Positions 20,310 to 35,900 of a stretch of 64,000 nucleotides of DNA are shown here, in pieces (within the stretch, counting starts at the first letter, position 1; every line of letters begins with the position of its first letter). Origin of the DNA: the human T2T-CHM13v2.0 reference genome, Homo sapiens; the NCBI RefSeq assembly GCF_009914755.1, contig NC_060936.1; one strand, given 5' to 3'. The position numbers were made by a program, and so were the translations under genes. The notes under the pieces are model-generated. The model was not told where the DNA came from. It did no database searches and saw only the letters and a list, made by a program, of their open reading frames with translations.

Positions 20310-21430
20310 GGCTACAGGCCCCATGCAAGTGCAAAACCAAGCAGAACGGTCAGGACATCTTCAAAGCTCCAAAATACTCACCTTTGGCCAGGCATGGCGA
20401 CTCAAGTCTGTAATGTCAGCTCTTTGTGAGGCTGAGATGTACGGATCACTTGAGCTCAGGAGTTGGATACCAGCCTGGGCAAGGTGATGAAACCCCATCT
20501 CTACAAAAAAAAAAAAAAAAAAAAAAAAAAATTAGCCAGGCACCATGGTGCACGCCTGTTGTCCCAGCTACTTGGGAGGCTGAGGCAGGCTGATCCCTTG
20601 AGCCCAGAAGGTGGAGTGCAGATTGTGCCACTGCACTCCAGCCTGAGCAACAGAGTGAGACTCTGTCTCAAAAATAATAAACAAAATAATCTCCTTTGAC
20701 TCCATGTCCCACACCTAGGGTACACTGATGCAAGGGTTGGGCTCCCAAGGCCTTAGGCAGCTCCACCCCTTTGGCTTTGCAGGGATCAACCCTGGAGGCT
20801 GCTCTCATGGGCCCATGTTGAATGCCTGTGGCTTTTCTATGCCTGTTCTGGAGTCTGGAGGACGGTGGCCCTCTTCTGCCACTATGCAGTGCCCTAGTGG
20901 AGGCTTGATGTGAGGGCTCCAGCCCCGTATTTCCCCTCTGCACTGCCCTAGTAGAAGTTTTCCATGAGATCTGTGCCCCTGGAGCAGGTTTCTGTCTGGA
21001 CTTATACCAGGCTGGTATAAGTTTCTTTCAGAGGATGCCATACATCCTCTGAAATTGAGTCAGAGGCTCCAAAGCCAGTCTAGGAAGTTCGTCATCTCTA
21101 TCTTCTTTTGAGCCTTCCAGACTCTTCCACCCTCTACCTGTTACCCAGTTCCAGTGTTGCTTCCACATTTTCAGTTATCTTTATAGCAGTGCTCCACTCC
21201 TCAGTACCAATTTTCGTTAAGCCGTTCTCACATTGCTGTAAAGAAATACTTGAGACTGGATAATTCATAAAGAAAAGAGGTTTAATTGGCTAACAGTTCT
21301 GCAGGCTGTACAGGAAGCATGATGCAGGCATCTGCCCAGCTTCTGGGGAGGCCTTGGGAAACTTACAATCATGGCTGAAGGCAAATGGGGACCACACAGT
21401 TTATACATGGCAGAAGTAGGAGAGAAGAAA
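20310..21430 (-). mobile_element. MaLR (MST/THE1-type) internal fragment plus partial LTR, interrupted by an Alu (about 20386-20680)
   Basis: ctcctttgactccatgtcccacac...ggctcccaaggccttaggcagctcc internal signature; LTR-like aaagaaatacttgagactggataattcataaagaaaagaggtttaattggc from about 21215. Confidence 0.75.
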
Positions 21431-21641
21431 CCCATTTTCAAAGAAGAAAATATGTTCCATTATAACTTAGAATTGTTTTTAGGGTATACTAAATCTTTTA
21501 AATGCTTTTGTTACCCAGGCTAGAGTGCAAATGGCACAATCTCAGCTCACTGCAACCTCTGACTCCCGAGTTCAAGCAGTTCTCCTGCCTCAGCCTCCCG
21601 AGTAGCTGGGTCTACAGTCACCTGCCACCACGTCTGGCTAA

Positions 21642-21770
<129 letters not shown>

Positions 21771-21792
21771 TGACCAACAATTCTTTTTTTGA

Positions 21793-21951
<159 letters not shown>

Positions 21952-22348
21952 TAGTAGAGACAGGGTTTCACCATGTTGGCCAGGCTGGTCTCAAACTCTT
22001 GACCTCAGGTGATCCACCTGCCTCGGCCTCCCAAAGTGCTGGGATTATAGGCATGAGCCACTGCACTCAGCCCAACAATTCTTTCTTAGCATTCCATAGT
22101 AGCAGTCCACATGACTTCTTAAGTGGCCCTCAACAATTTGGAATAAGAGATTAGGCCCTGCATGGTGGCTCAGGCCAGGCGTGGTGTCTCACGCCTGTAA
22201 TCCCAGCACTTTGGGAGGCCCCGGTGGGTGCATTGCCTGAGGGTAGGATTTCAAGACCATCCTGGCCAACATGGTGAAACCCCATCTCTACTAAAAATAC
22301 AAAAATTAGCCGGGTATGGTGGTGGGTGCCTGTAGTCCCAGCTACTCA

Positions 22349-22496
<148 letters not shown>

Positions 22497-24042
22497 TCAA
22501 TATGTTGTAAATGTCATGATGGAGGACTAAACATTGGGGTTAAAGAAACAGGCATGACTTCCAGTAGGTAGGTCATGGTAGAGGAGCTCTTTTGCAGGAG
22601 GGAGATCTTAGCTGGGAATAAAATTTTGGATTTGTAAGCCTTCACATAGTAATTGGAGTGATAAGCTCATGCAGAGTACTCTCCATAGAGTGGTGAAAGT
22701 GGTCTAATATGGAACCTTGGGGAATAAAGCAGCAGTGTTGGGTTGAAAAATGAGATTATTCAGCATGCTGTTTGAAGTATTCAAGCAAAATCTGAATGGA
22801 CATGGGTAATGGACAAATGTTATCTCGGTTGTAGGCAAAGGCCTAGGCTGAAAATATTTAAAACCTACAATTCAATGATATTTTTGTAAATTTACAGAGA
22901 TATACCGCCATCACCACCAAAAAGCAAAACAGGTTGTTTTAACAGTTGCTTGCATATAGGTAGTAGTTGAAGCCATGGATAGTGGACATCACTCAAGGAG
23001 AATATGAGAAGTAAAGAGTAATAACCAAATGGAAACCATCAAAATTTTAGAAATGGTCAGGGGAAAAAGAGCACATGTCTGTCAAATCTAAAAAACAAAA
23101 AAGGTATCACAGAAGCTAAGAGAAAAATGTGTTCCCAAGGAAAGGATGGTTAACACACCAAATGCTATATGTCAGGAAATGAGAGGTCAGGAAAAAGGGT
23201 CTGTCAGGTTTTGCATTGTTGAAGGCATTGGTGACACCTAAAATAATTTTAGTGGAGTGATGACAAAGTGGAGGAGATACAAGTAAGAGGTAAGAGGCTT
23301 GTCAGAGGATATATAGGGTGTTAGACAGGAGGGAAGCATGAGATTTTTCATATATGTTATATAGAGGAGGGATATTGTTTTCTCTTGAGATAAATAGATG
23401 GAGAAAGATGGTGATGGGCGGGCACAGTTGCTTAAGCCTGTAGTCCCAGCACTTTGGGAGGCCAAGGAGAGAGGATCACTTAAGCTCAAGAGTTTGAGAC
23501 CAGCCTGGGCAACGTAGTGAAACCTTGTCACTACTAAAAAACAAATAATAAAAATTTAGCCAGGTGTGGTGGCGCGCACAGCTACTCTGGAGGCAAAAAA
23601 GGCAGGAGGATTACTTGAGTCCAGGAAGTCAAGGTTGTAGTGAGCTATGATTGTGTCACTGCATTTCAGCCTTGGTGACAAACTAAGACCCTGTCTCAAA
23701 AAAAAAAGAGTTGATAGCAAATTTAGGTAAAGTGGGTGTTTTTGTTAAGAAGGCATAGCAAATTATGAAATGAATAGTAAAGACTGGTTAGAAGGCTTAA
23801 GGAGTATGGCAAAGTTTACAAAAGAAACAGGTGAGAGAAGTGACTAAAGAAAAGTAGAATTGATAAAGACTGATGAGAGCTCAAGTGAGATGTCAAACCA
23901 AGAATTTATGTAGGGATACAGTTCTGTGCATTATAGAGGTTTTGTTTGCTTCTTTTTCTTTTCTTGCACCTTTCAGCTTCTGTGACACAGGATTAGGGAA
24001 TGAGATAGCCATGTGACCTGTTTTATTATTTGTTCATTTTAG

Positions 24043-24204
24043 AGACCTCATCCTTCAACAGCTGAATCAAAGGCTCCAACACCAAAGTTTGACTTATTAG
24101 CCTCAAATTTTCCACCTTTACCTGGAAGTTCATCAAGAATGCCAGGTGAACTCGTTTTGGAGAATAGGATGTCTGATGTTGTTAAAGGTGTCTACAAAGA
24201 AAAG
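24043..24204 (+). CDS. LARP4: LARP4 coding exon, 162 nt, phase 0-0
   Basis: ttcattttag|AGA ... AAG|gtaaac; RPHPSTAESKAPTPKFDLLASNFPPLPGSSSRMPGELVLENRMSDVVKGVYKEK; not in the ORF track, found by manual reading. Confidence 0.94.
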
Positions 24205-24387
24205 GTAAACACCCAGCATCTGAGTCTTACCTTATGAGACCATATTTAGGCTTTATTTGCAGTGTTGTTATTTAAAATTTTACTTGCACTTAGTGTACAT
24301 TTCTATCATAGTTTTTATTTATGGAGTTTTCAGCATACTTAGAGTGTTTTTTTAAAGATTCATGATGAAGCTGCACAAAGGCAATAA

Positions 24388-24702
<315 letters not shown>

Positions 24703-25419
24703 TAGTCAATTCAGCCTGTTAGAACTGATAACTGACTAATGCAAGCTAAATGGAAGGTATCATTTCCATTTATGTGCCTATAATTCACTAGTGATGAAAT
24801 GAATTCTTTCAAACAATGGAAAGTAGATGTCTAGAGGCTGAGATACCTCATCTTATGATTATTTGGTGTGTAGACCTCTCCATATCAGAAATCCTCATGT
24901 CTCACAAGTTTTTCTCATTTTCTACCTTTATTCTAATTCAGTTTTTTTTTTTAATTATAACAGTACATGTCTATAGTATATCTAGGCTTTTAATGAAAAA
25001 CCTGCAACTACTTTCAGCTCCTTAGTTTTTCTCCCAACTTTTATTCCTGTATTTCTTTATTTTTTTATTTTATTTTTTCTTTTGAGATGGAGTCTTGCTC
25101 TGTAACCTAGACTGGAATGCAGTGGTGGATCTCTGCTCACTGCAACCTCCACCTCCTGGGTTCAAGCAGTTCTCCTCCCTCAGCCTCATGAGTAGCTGGG
25201 ATTATAGGCATGTGCCACCACACCCAGCTAATTTTTGTATTTTTAGTAGAGACAGGGTTTCTCCATGTTGGCCAGGCTGGTCTCAAACTCCTGACCTTGC
25301 GATCCGCCCACCTCGGCCTCCCAAAGTGCTGGAATTACAAGCGTGAGCCACTGCGCCCGGCCCTGTATTTCTAATTAACTTTTTTTTTTCTTTTTTTTGA
25401 GACAGAGTCTCGCTCGTAG

Positions 25420-25563
<144 letters not shown>

Positions 25564-26502
25564 TAGTAGAGGCAGGGTTTCACCGTGTTAGCCAGGATGG
25601 TCTCGATCTCCTGACATCGTGATCCGCCCGTCTCGGCCTCCCAAAGTGCTGGGATTACAGGCATGAGCCACCGCGCCCTGCCTAATTAACATCTTTTTAT
25701 TGTAACCTCTTGGCTTTTCCATTTTCAGCAGTGTCTGTTAACTTCACTTTCTGAAGCTAAAGATTTAGCTTTCTTAAGCCAACATACTCACACTTTTCCT
25801 ATCCTCCTGATATATTGTACTTCATTATATATGATATCATCAATTATAAGGCATCCATTATTTTCATATCTCTAAGAAAGTAAAAGATGTTGCTAGTTAT
25901 GCTAGGACACACCATCCTTTGTAAGCCACATTTCAGTATTACAGATATTTTTCAGGGCTGAGACTCAAACATAATATACTATGATTGTTTCTCCTTTTGT
26001 GTGCACTCTCGGTGTCCTACTGCATAGCTATGTTCCTGGGCCTTCTCTTTACCGTCACCCTGGCAATTTTCCTTACTCTTCTTTATCGATCCCCCTTTTT
26101 TTCTCACTCTTGTTTCACTCTTCCATGTTAGGGTGGTTCATATCTTCCATGGTCATGAAGTATAAATTTCTTGCATTCTGAAAATGTTTTTCTGCTCTCA
26201 AATTGATCAGTAGTTTATTTCTGTATTGGATTCTCTATCAGAAATCATTTTCCCTTGGAACTTTGAAGGTATTATTCCACTGTCTTGTTTCTTTAAAAAA
26301 ATATTGTGACACGTAGTAGTTATTTCATAAGTTCTAAGATACACTTTTTTCCCCCCATGTTTTATCACCTTCAAAAATCAGACTAAAAATTATTTTTTAA
26401 AAAATGTAGGCCAGGTGCGGTGGCTTACGCCTGTAATCCCAGCACTTTGGGAGGCCGAGGCAGGCAGATCACGAAGTCAGGAGATCGGGACCATCCTGGC
26501 TA

Positions 26503-26682
<180 letters not shown>

Positions 26683-26734
26683 CTATCAAAAAAAAAAAAA
26701 AAAAAAAAAAGTAAAGGCGGGGCACAGTGGCTCA

Positions 26735-27224
<490 letters not shown>

Positions 27225-27455
27225 TCAGCCCAGGAGATCAGAGCTATGATGAGCTGTGATCACACCACTGTACTCCAGCCTGGGTGACAGAGCAACCTGT
27301 CTCAAAAAAAAAAAGACTATCTTTAATCAGAAGCTATTTTAGTTTAAGTGCAGTATTTTTATTTTCTTCTCATCTTAAGGTCTGCTTCTATCCAGTGGTT
27401 TTATTTTTATTTTTCCTTATTGGTACATAAAATAATGGTGTAGTTCAACAAATAA

Positions 27456-27816
<361 letters not shown>

Positions 27817-27974
27817 TAACCCCAACACACAATTATGGCCCATAAATATCCCTAGTATCTTAGCAGTGACATGTGTATCTCCCCACTATTTATAGTCATT
27901 CTGCCCCACTCTTCCCCTTCAGATATAAACATTATTCTGACTTTGTGATAGCAATTTTCTTGCCTCATTCTGCA

Positions 27975-28330
27975 TTGACAGAATTCTTCTGTGAAGGGCC
28001 AGATACTAATAGTAAATATTTTAGGCTTTGTGGGCCATGTATTGTCACATATTCTTTGTTTTACAACCCTTTAATAACTTAAAAACCAAACCAGGCATGG
28101 TGGGTCATGCCTGTAATCCCAGCACTTCGGGAGGCTGAGGTGGGAGGATCACTTGAGGCCAAGAGTTTGAGACCAGCCTAGTCAACATAGCAAGACCCCC
28201 ATCTCTAAAAAAATAATAATTTAAAAATAATAATTATAATTTACAAACCATTCTTAGCTTGTAAGCCATACCAAAACAAGTTGAAGGCTGGATTTGGCCT
28301 TGCGGGTCTTAGTTTACCAACCCTTGCGCT
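27975..28330. mobile_element. MER58-like element interrupted by an Alu monomer (28090-28215)
   Basis: tctgtgaagggccagata...gtaaatattttaggctttgtgggcca and tggatttggcc...tagtttaccaaccc ends. Confidence 0.6.
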
Positions 28331-30496
28331 AGGTGATAAAACGGGGTGCCTGTTTTTGGAAAGGTTATAAATGGAATTGTACAGTATGTATTCTTTTACT
28401 TCTTTCATTCTGTATGGTTTGAGATTGATCACTGTTAATACAGATGATTGTTGTTCATTTTGAACTATTATGTGATATTCTATTGTAGGAAGTAAAATAT
28501 TTATTCATTGTACTGTTAATGGACATTTTGCCATTATAAATCTTCATGTGAGCAAGAACTTTTCTAGGATTTATACATCAGCTTGTGTTCTTTTAAAGTT
28601 TTAAAGTCTTTCGAGTGTTTTTTGAGATGGAGTGTCGCTCTGTCGCGCAGGCTGGAGTGCAGCGGCATGGTTTTGGCTTATTGCAACCTCCACTGCCAGG
28701 GTTCAAGCGATTCTTGTGCCTCAGCCTCCTGAATGGTGAATACAGGCGCGCGCCACCATGCCCGGCTAATTTTTGTATTTTCAGTAGAGACAGGGTTTCG
28801 TCTTGTTGGCCAGGCTGGTCTCTCAAACTCCTGACCTCAGATGATCCACCCACCTCGGCCTCCCAAAGTGCTAGGTTGACAGGTGTGAGCCACTGCGCCT
28901 GGTCAGTGTTTCAAGTTTTGAAGAAACAGACTCATATATTTTTTTTACACATTCTGTGCACTAATCCTTTGTCAGTTACACGTAGTAGAAATAATCTTTC
29001 ACTTCTGTGGTTTCTTTTCCGTCTTTAGTGCCTATAGGTTGAAACAAGTTCTTAATTTTAATCTGGTCCTATTAGTGTTTTCTTTATAGTTTGCTGTTTT
29101 TATTTCATGCTTAGGAAATGATCTAGCTTCCAGATCATGTTCTTATTTATATTTTCTACCAAGTTTTTCTGAATGTTACTTTCTAAACCTGTTGAAATTT
29201 TTATTTTATCCATCGGTTTTAATTTCTAGGGCTCTTTTCTAAATTCTATGCCAGCAGTATAAATACACATAACAGCGTTTACCATCTTAACCATTTTAAG
29301 TGTGTACAGTTTTGTAGTATTAAGTACCTTTACATGGTTGTGCACCTAAGCTCCAGAACTTACAATCTTTCAAGACTAAAACTCTATACCTATTAAACCA
29401 TTACCTGTTCCTCCTTTCTCTTATCCTTCAGCAGCCACTATTCTACTTTCTGTCTCTGAATTGACTACTCTTAGTAATTCATATAAGTAGAATCATACAG
29501 TATTTGTCTTTCTATGACTGGTTTATTTTACTTAACATCCTCAGCTTTCATTCATGTTGAGCGTGAGTCAAGATTTCATTAATTTTTTTTTAATGTAGCC
29601 TACAAACTTTTTTTTTTTTGAGACACGGTCTTGCTCTGTTCCCAGGAGGGAGTGCCGTGGTACTATCATGGTTCACTGCAGCAGCTTCAACCTCCCAGAC
29701 TCACGTGATCCTCTCAAGTAGCAGGGACAACAGATGGACACCCCCCACCCTAGCTAAATATTTTACTTTATTTTGTAGAGACTGGATCTTGCTATGTTGT
29801 CCAAGGCTGGTCTTGAACTCCTGGGCTCAAGCAGTCCTCCCGCCTCAGCCTCCCAAAGTGCTGGAATTACAGTCATGAGCCCCTGCATCCATCCCTATGT
29901 TTAACTTTTTTTTTTTTTTGGGACGGAGTCTCGCACTGTAGCCCAGGCTGGAGTGCAGTGGTGCAATCTTGGCTCACTGCAACCTCCGCCTCCCAGGTCC
30001 TGGTTCAAGCAATTCTGCCTCAGCCTCCCAAGTAGCTGAGATTACAGGCATGCACCACCGTGCCCAGCTAATTTTTGTATTTTTAGTAGAGATGGGATTT
30101 CACCATGTTGGCCAGGCTGGTCTTGAACTCTGACCTTGTGATCCACCCGCCTCAGCCTCCGAAAGTGCTGGGATTACAGGTGTGAGCCACTGCGCCCAGC
30201 CTATTTAACTTTTTAAGGAACTGCTACATTGCTTTCTAAAGCAGTGCATCATTTTACATTGCCACCCTCTATGTATGAGTTTTAATGTCTCCATATCATC
30301 CCCAACATTTGTTAATGTTTGTCTTTTTTTAAATTATAACCATCCTTGTGGGTATGAAGTGATTTTTCACCGTGGTTTAGCTTTGCATTTTATGATGACT
30401 AATGATGTTGACCATCTTCTCTTGTGCTTATTAGACGTGTATATCTTCTTTGGAAAAAGGTCTAAGTGTAATTTTGAAAAATCTTTTTACTTTAAG

Positions 30497-30618
30497 GATA
30501 ATGAAGAGTTGACAATTAGTTGCCCAGTGCCTGCAGATGAGCAGACAGAATGCACTTCTGCCCAGCAACTCAATATGAGTACCAGTTCTCCATGTGCTGC
30601 TGAGCTTACTGCATTAAG
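30497..30618 (+). CDS. LARP4: LARP4 coding exon, 122 nt, phase 0-2
   Basis: ttactttaag|GAT ... AG|gtacaa; DNEELTISCPVPADEQTECTSAQQLNMSTSSPCAAELTAL(S). Confidence 0.93.
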
Positions 30619-31080
30619 GTACAAGTTATAGTATAGAAGATCTTCAACATTAAATTACTTTTTCTGGCCGGGTGTGGTGGCTCTCACCTGTAATCCCAGC
30701 ACTTTGGGAGGCCGAGGCAGGTGAATCACCTGAGGTCGGGAGTTCAAGACCAGTCTGGCCAACATGGTGAAACCCCGTCTCTACTAAAAATACAAAAATT
30801 AGCTGGGCGTGTTGGCAGGTGCCTGTAATCCCAGCTAATCAGGAGGCTAAGGCAGGAAAATTGCTTGAACCGGGGGGTGGGGGCGGGTGGGGGGGTGGGG
30901 GGGGTGGGGGGTGCGGGGCGGGCAGAGGTTGCAGTGAGCCAAGAGCATGCCACTACACTCCAGCCTGGGTGACAGAGTGAGACTCCGTCTCAAAAAAAAA
31001 AATTACGTTTTCTTCTGATTAGTTGCTCAACTGTTCCTATATGCTATTCTGAGTCTAATTGCAAGCTCTTTTTTCCTTAG

Positions 31081-31249
31081 CACAACTCAGCAAGAAAAGG
31101 ATCTAATAGAAGATTCCTCTGTTCAGAAGGATGGTCTCAATCAGACAACTATACCAGTTTCTCCTCCAAGTACTACAAAGCCATCGAGGGCAAGTACTGC
31201 TTCACCATGTAATAATAACATAAATGCAGCTACAGCTGTGGCTCTACAG
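31081..31249 (+). CDS. LARP4: LARP4 coding exon, 169 nt, phase 2-0
   Basis: ttttccttag|C ACA ... CAG|gtaact; TTQQEKDLIEDSSVQKDGLNQTTIPVSPPSTTKPSRASTASPCNNNINAATAVALQ. Confidence 0.93.
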
Positions 31250-31396
31250 GTAACTTGAAGATTTTAGTTTATGTTAAAAAAAATACAATAGATTAGATTT
31301 TTTTTTTTTTTTCACGTAACACTTTGTTAGAACAGAGTCATTTGGAAGTAGCCCAAGTTGGGGCTGACTATCAGAAAGAAGCTTAAGGAGTGTTAG

Positions 31397-31634
<238 letters not shown>

Positions 31635-32607
31635 TAGCCAGGATGGTCTCAATCTCCTGACCTCGTGATCCACCCGCCTCGGCCTCCCAAAGTGCTGGGA
31701 TTACATGCGTGAGCCACCGCGCCTGGCCCATTCTGTTTCTTTTGATTGCTTTTTTTCTGTTCATATGGTTAAGTGAAGCTTCTTCCTTACCCACGTTAGG
31801 ATGAATTTATCATTTTGGGGCTAACATAAAGAGGCCTTGTGCCTCTTGATATTCTTTTGGTTGTATATGTGATACTTAACAAGTCTATAAGTGGCCATTG
31901 AGAGGCCACTCCCATTTATCAAGTTCCAGAATTGTTTTATAGTTATATAATTGGGAAAATACAGAAAAGCAGAACAAAACACAAAATTTACCTATAATCC
32001 CTAGCATTTTAGTACAGCACTTTTAAAAATAGATTTAGAAGACTATCTTCTCATTCAATGATAGTAATAATACTAAAATAATAGCTACCATTTGAATGCT
32101 TACTATATATTATTAGGACTAGTGCTGAAGACTTTACATGTTTTATTCTGTTCTCACAATACCTCTATTCCACCTTTTTCAGTTGAGGTAATTAAGACTT
32201 TTAATGAGTCTTTTTATACCATTGGATTCTAACTGCTCTGCTGGGATTCTTTTGTCATCTTTCTTGGGGTTCTTTGTAGCAAGGAAACAGGAGCAGAAAG
32301 AACCATTTTATTTCATCATATGGCTATACCATTATTCATCTAATCTGTCCTTTGTTAGGCATTTAGGTCGCTCCCATCATTATAAACAACGCTGACATGA
32401 ACATCCTTCAGTTAAATTCTTTACGTGAAATTATTGTATAATAAATAAAGATTGTACCAGTGTACTCTAAGCAGTATATATGAGAGTGCTTGTTGCCCTT
32501 TTCTGGAAGATAATCTGTGGTTTTCTTATGGTTAACACAATCATTTTTATACTTTATAATTTAAAGAATGTGTACCATAAATGTTTTTTTTTATCATCAC
32601 TTCAAAG

Positions 32608-32946
32608 GAACCCCGAAAGTTAAGTTATGCTGAAGTGTGCCAGAAGCCCCCTAAAGAGCCATCTTCAGTTCTTGTGCAGCCACTACGGGAACTTCGCTCC
32701 AATGTGGTGTCTCCCACCAAAAATGAAGACAATGGAGCTCCTGAGAACTCCGTTGAGAAACCACATGAGAAGCCAGAAGCAAGGGCTAGTAAGGATTATT
32801 CTGGCTTCCGAGGCAATATAATCCCCAGGGGAGCAGCAGGAAAAATCAGGGAACAGAGACGCCAGTTTAGCCATAGGGCTATACCTCAGGGAGTGACTCG
32901 ACGTAATGGCAAAGAGCAATATGTGCCACCCAGATCACCAAAGTAA
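32608..32946 (+). CDS. LARP4: LARP4 last coding exon up to the TAA stop
   Basis: cacttcaaag|GAA; EPRKLSYAEVCQKPPKE...YVPPRSPK*, including the conserved LSYAEVC motif of the LARP4 family. Confidence 0.95.
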   Translation, partial: EPRKLSYAEVCQKPPKEPSSVLVQPLRELRSNVVSPTKNEDNGAPENSVEKPHEKPEARASKDYSGFRGNIIPRGAAGKIREQRRQFSHRAIPQGVTRRNGKEQYVPPRSPK

Positions 32947-35900
32947 AAAACAACAAAACTATTCAAAAACTTCACTCTCTTCCCATTAAACTTGAACTGT
33001 GGCTATATTGAACTGTTTTGGAGGGGAGGGGGTAGCCAGGAAGGAAACAAGAGAAAGTACGTCCATTTCATTATGGATTTTGGAGTTGTGAGTGATAGGA
33101 TCCCAAAATTCATCTCTAATGTGGTTTTTAAATGCTGGAGGATTCCAATCAATATAAATATATATATATATATACACACACATATATAAAAAGTATAATT
33201 TTTCTATTTTTGTTTTTGGTTTTAATTTGCAGAGATTTGCTGCCAGGAATCAATTTTGAGGGTTCAGATTTAGCTTGGAAGAAAAAAAAGAAACATACAT
33301 CCTTCAGTATAGGAGATGAGGGAATGAGAGAAAATATTTTTTGAAGAAGCATTTCTGTAAAATTAGAAATTACTTTTTTTAATCTATTTAAAGTTTGGCT
33401 TGAAGAATGCCATCTCTGACTATATGGCCTTGTATTGCAAAGCAGATCAGTGGCTGGGGTGCCTGTTGTGGGTGTGAGTGTGTACAAGAGCGATTGAAGC
33501 CAAATCTGTTGTCATGTTAGTAAATGATTTGAAAACTGAATGTAATACTTGAGTAGATTTTTTTTTCTAGTTTGAAATTTAGTCTGTCTTTTTGACCTTA
33601 CTAATATTTCATTTAACAAGTTGTAAAACTCTGATTGTACTTAGAGATGTGACTACCAATCAGTTTGATACTCAAGGAAAGGGGGTTATTCAAGAAATTG
33701 AAAATTTCATCTTGGACCTCAGTGCATCGGTCAAATGGATTTCAGAGGTTTAAACTTCCCTGTGATTCCCCCTGAATACCCCCAAAATGAGAAACAAAAT
33801 TTTTTTTCTTACTCCATTTGTTACTCTCTGTTCTTTGACTGCCCACCCACAGAAAAGCAAAATAACCAACTACCTACTCAATTGTGTGTTTGTAATTGCT
33901 TTGAGCAGTCTAGTCAAATCATATAAATTGTTCTAAATTTCAGAATTGAACATTGAAGTATTAACTCTTCTGTTCACACATTTAGAATTTTAGCTCCCAA
34001 GATGGTAGGGCAGACTGACCGTACAGTAATTTATTTGTCGTTAGTGTTAAAGATTAAGCATAGTAACTGACTCTTAAGTGTTAAATAATGTAGAAGTAAA
34101 AAAATTTTTTTTAAAGGCTTAATTTGGGAGGGGGGACTTATTTCTGTTTACAGTGTATTACCTTCCTTCCCTCCTCTTCTCCCCCCACACCCAACAAAAT
34201 ACAGTTTGGAATTCACTGAAACAGTACCAGCAAGTCATGAGATTTTTTAGTAAAGATGAGAAAGATGGTTGAAGAAAATTAGTGCATAATTTCTCAGTGA
34301 ATAAAGTTGTAGCTCTCATATACTAAATAGACAAGTTTACATGCTGTTATTTAGAAAATGACTAAAATATTAAAAACCGTGTTGTGTTAATCTGTTTTAA
34401 GTCATACCATGTTCAGAGTTCTATGTAAGGTGGGTTTTATTTTTCTTTTAAGGGATAGTTTGTAATAGTAAGAACTGTCCCATATGTTAGTAAATTACAT
34501 ATGTACAAATTGAAACTGTAAATTGTGAACACTGGAAAGCACCATTGTGACATAGAGTAAACATCTTAGTAATATATTAAAGTGAATGTAAATGGTGGTT
34601 AAAATTACATTACTGTGAAATTCATCTTCCAACTCTAAGTTAAGCTTTGGAGATACATGTTAGTGGTTAACTGTTAAGAGCTTTGAAAACACTGCACATA
34701 TCTGTACAAGCCAGAATTACTATTTCTTTGACTTATTATTAGCTTGGCAGTTGCTTTTGATTTGATTGTTTTATGACATGGTATACTACTATATTTACTC
34801 AGTTTGAAACTATTCATTTCTACACACTATTTTTAAAAATTGCCTACTAGGTGAAACATAACAATAAAACTACCTGTGCTGAAATTTGGGGGAAGTTTAG
34901 GTCCTTTAAAAAAACATATTAATCATTGACTACATCTATGATAAAAGTGCTTATTTTGGTTTACTAAGATAATGCAGTTGGTGGAAATGATAAACGTTTT
35001 AAGTGTTAACATCCTTTGAATGCGTTGGATTTCAGAGAATAAACATTTTGTAAAAATCACTTGGTAAGGATTATAAACTTAATTACTGCACTTAAAATGA
35101 AACATTACTTTTTTTAAACAATGTGTCACAAATGTAGGTCTGTATTACTTGTATGCTTGTGTGACTTACTGTTAGTCCAGCTCTAAAAATTTAAAGGTTG
35201 TAATTGAAATACAAGAAAAGAGCCTTCTTTTAGAAGAAAGCAAGTATATTTTTGCTTTTACTTCAAATGTTATTTAAAGTAGAAATTTAATTTGTAGATA
35301 TAACCTTTAAAAATTTTCTCATTAAGACAATGTTTTTAATTTAATTTGCCTCATTACATCTAATAGTTCCCATTTGATGGCATGTATAGGGAAGAGTGAG
35401 AGAGTGTGTGTGTGTGTATGTGTGTGTAATATTTATATATATTCACAGTATGTATTTAGCATTTATTTTATTACAGCAGATTTAAAGTTTGTATCTAAAT
35501 AATGCCTATGAGTTGTGTGAAGCTCTTGGCTTTTTTCCAACGTTACTTTGTAACTAATGAGGGTGGATGTTCATTGTAGTTTATTTATTTGGTTCTTTAG
35601 ATGGAGGAATTTAAAAAATCAAATTTTTCTCTTCACCTTTATGACTTGACATTTCCTTGATCTGTTGGAGGCTAAAAGTAGGTATAAATGATATTGAATG
35701 TTGGGTATAGTGATACTCTGCCATAGTTCTTACTGCATGAAGAGAACAAGAGTCACACAAGTTCACCACTTTGCACTTCATAGAGAAGGTACATAGAGAC
35801 ATTGCAAAACCTGTCTCCATTTGCTATCCTGATAATTAAGGTTTTCATAATACCTAGGGCCTGTCTCTGAGTAATTTTAATTTTGCCAAATACACTGACA

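Noticed and set aside
32627-32919. Alternative-frame and antisense ORFs over the last LARP4 exon
   Set aside because: Shadow frames of the real coding exon with no independent support
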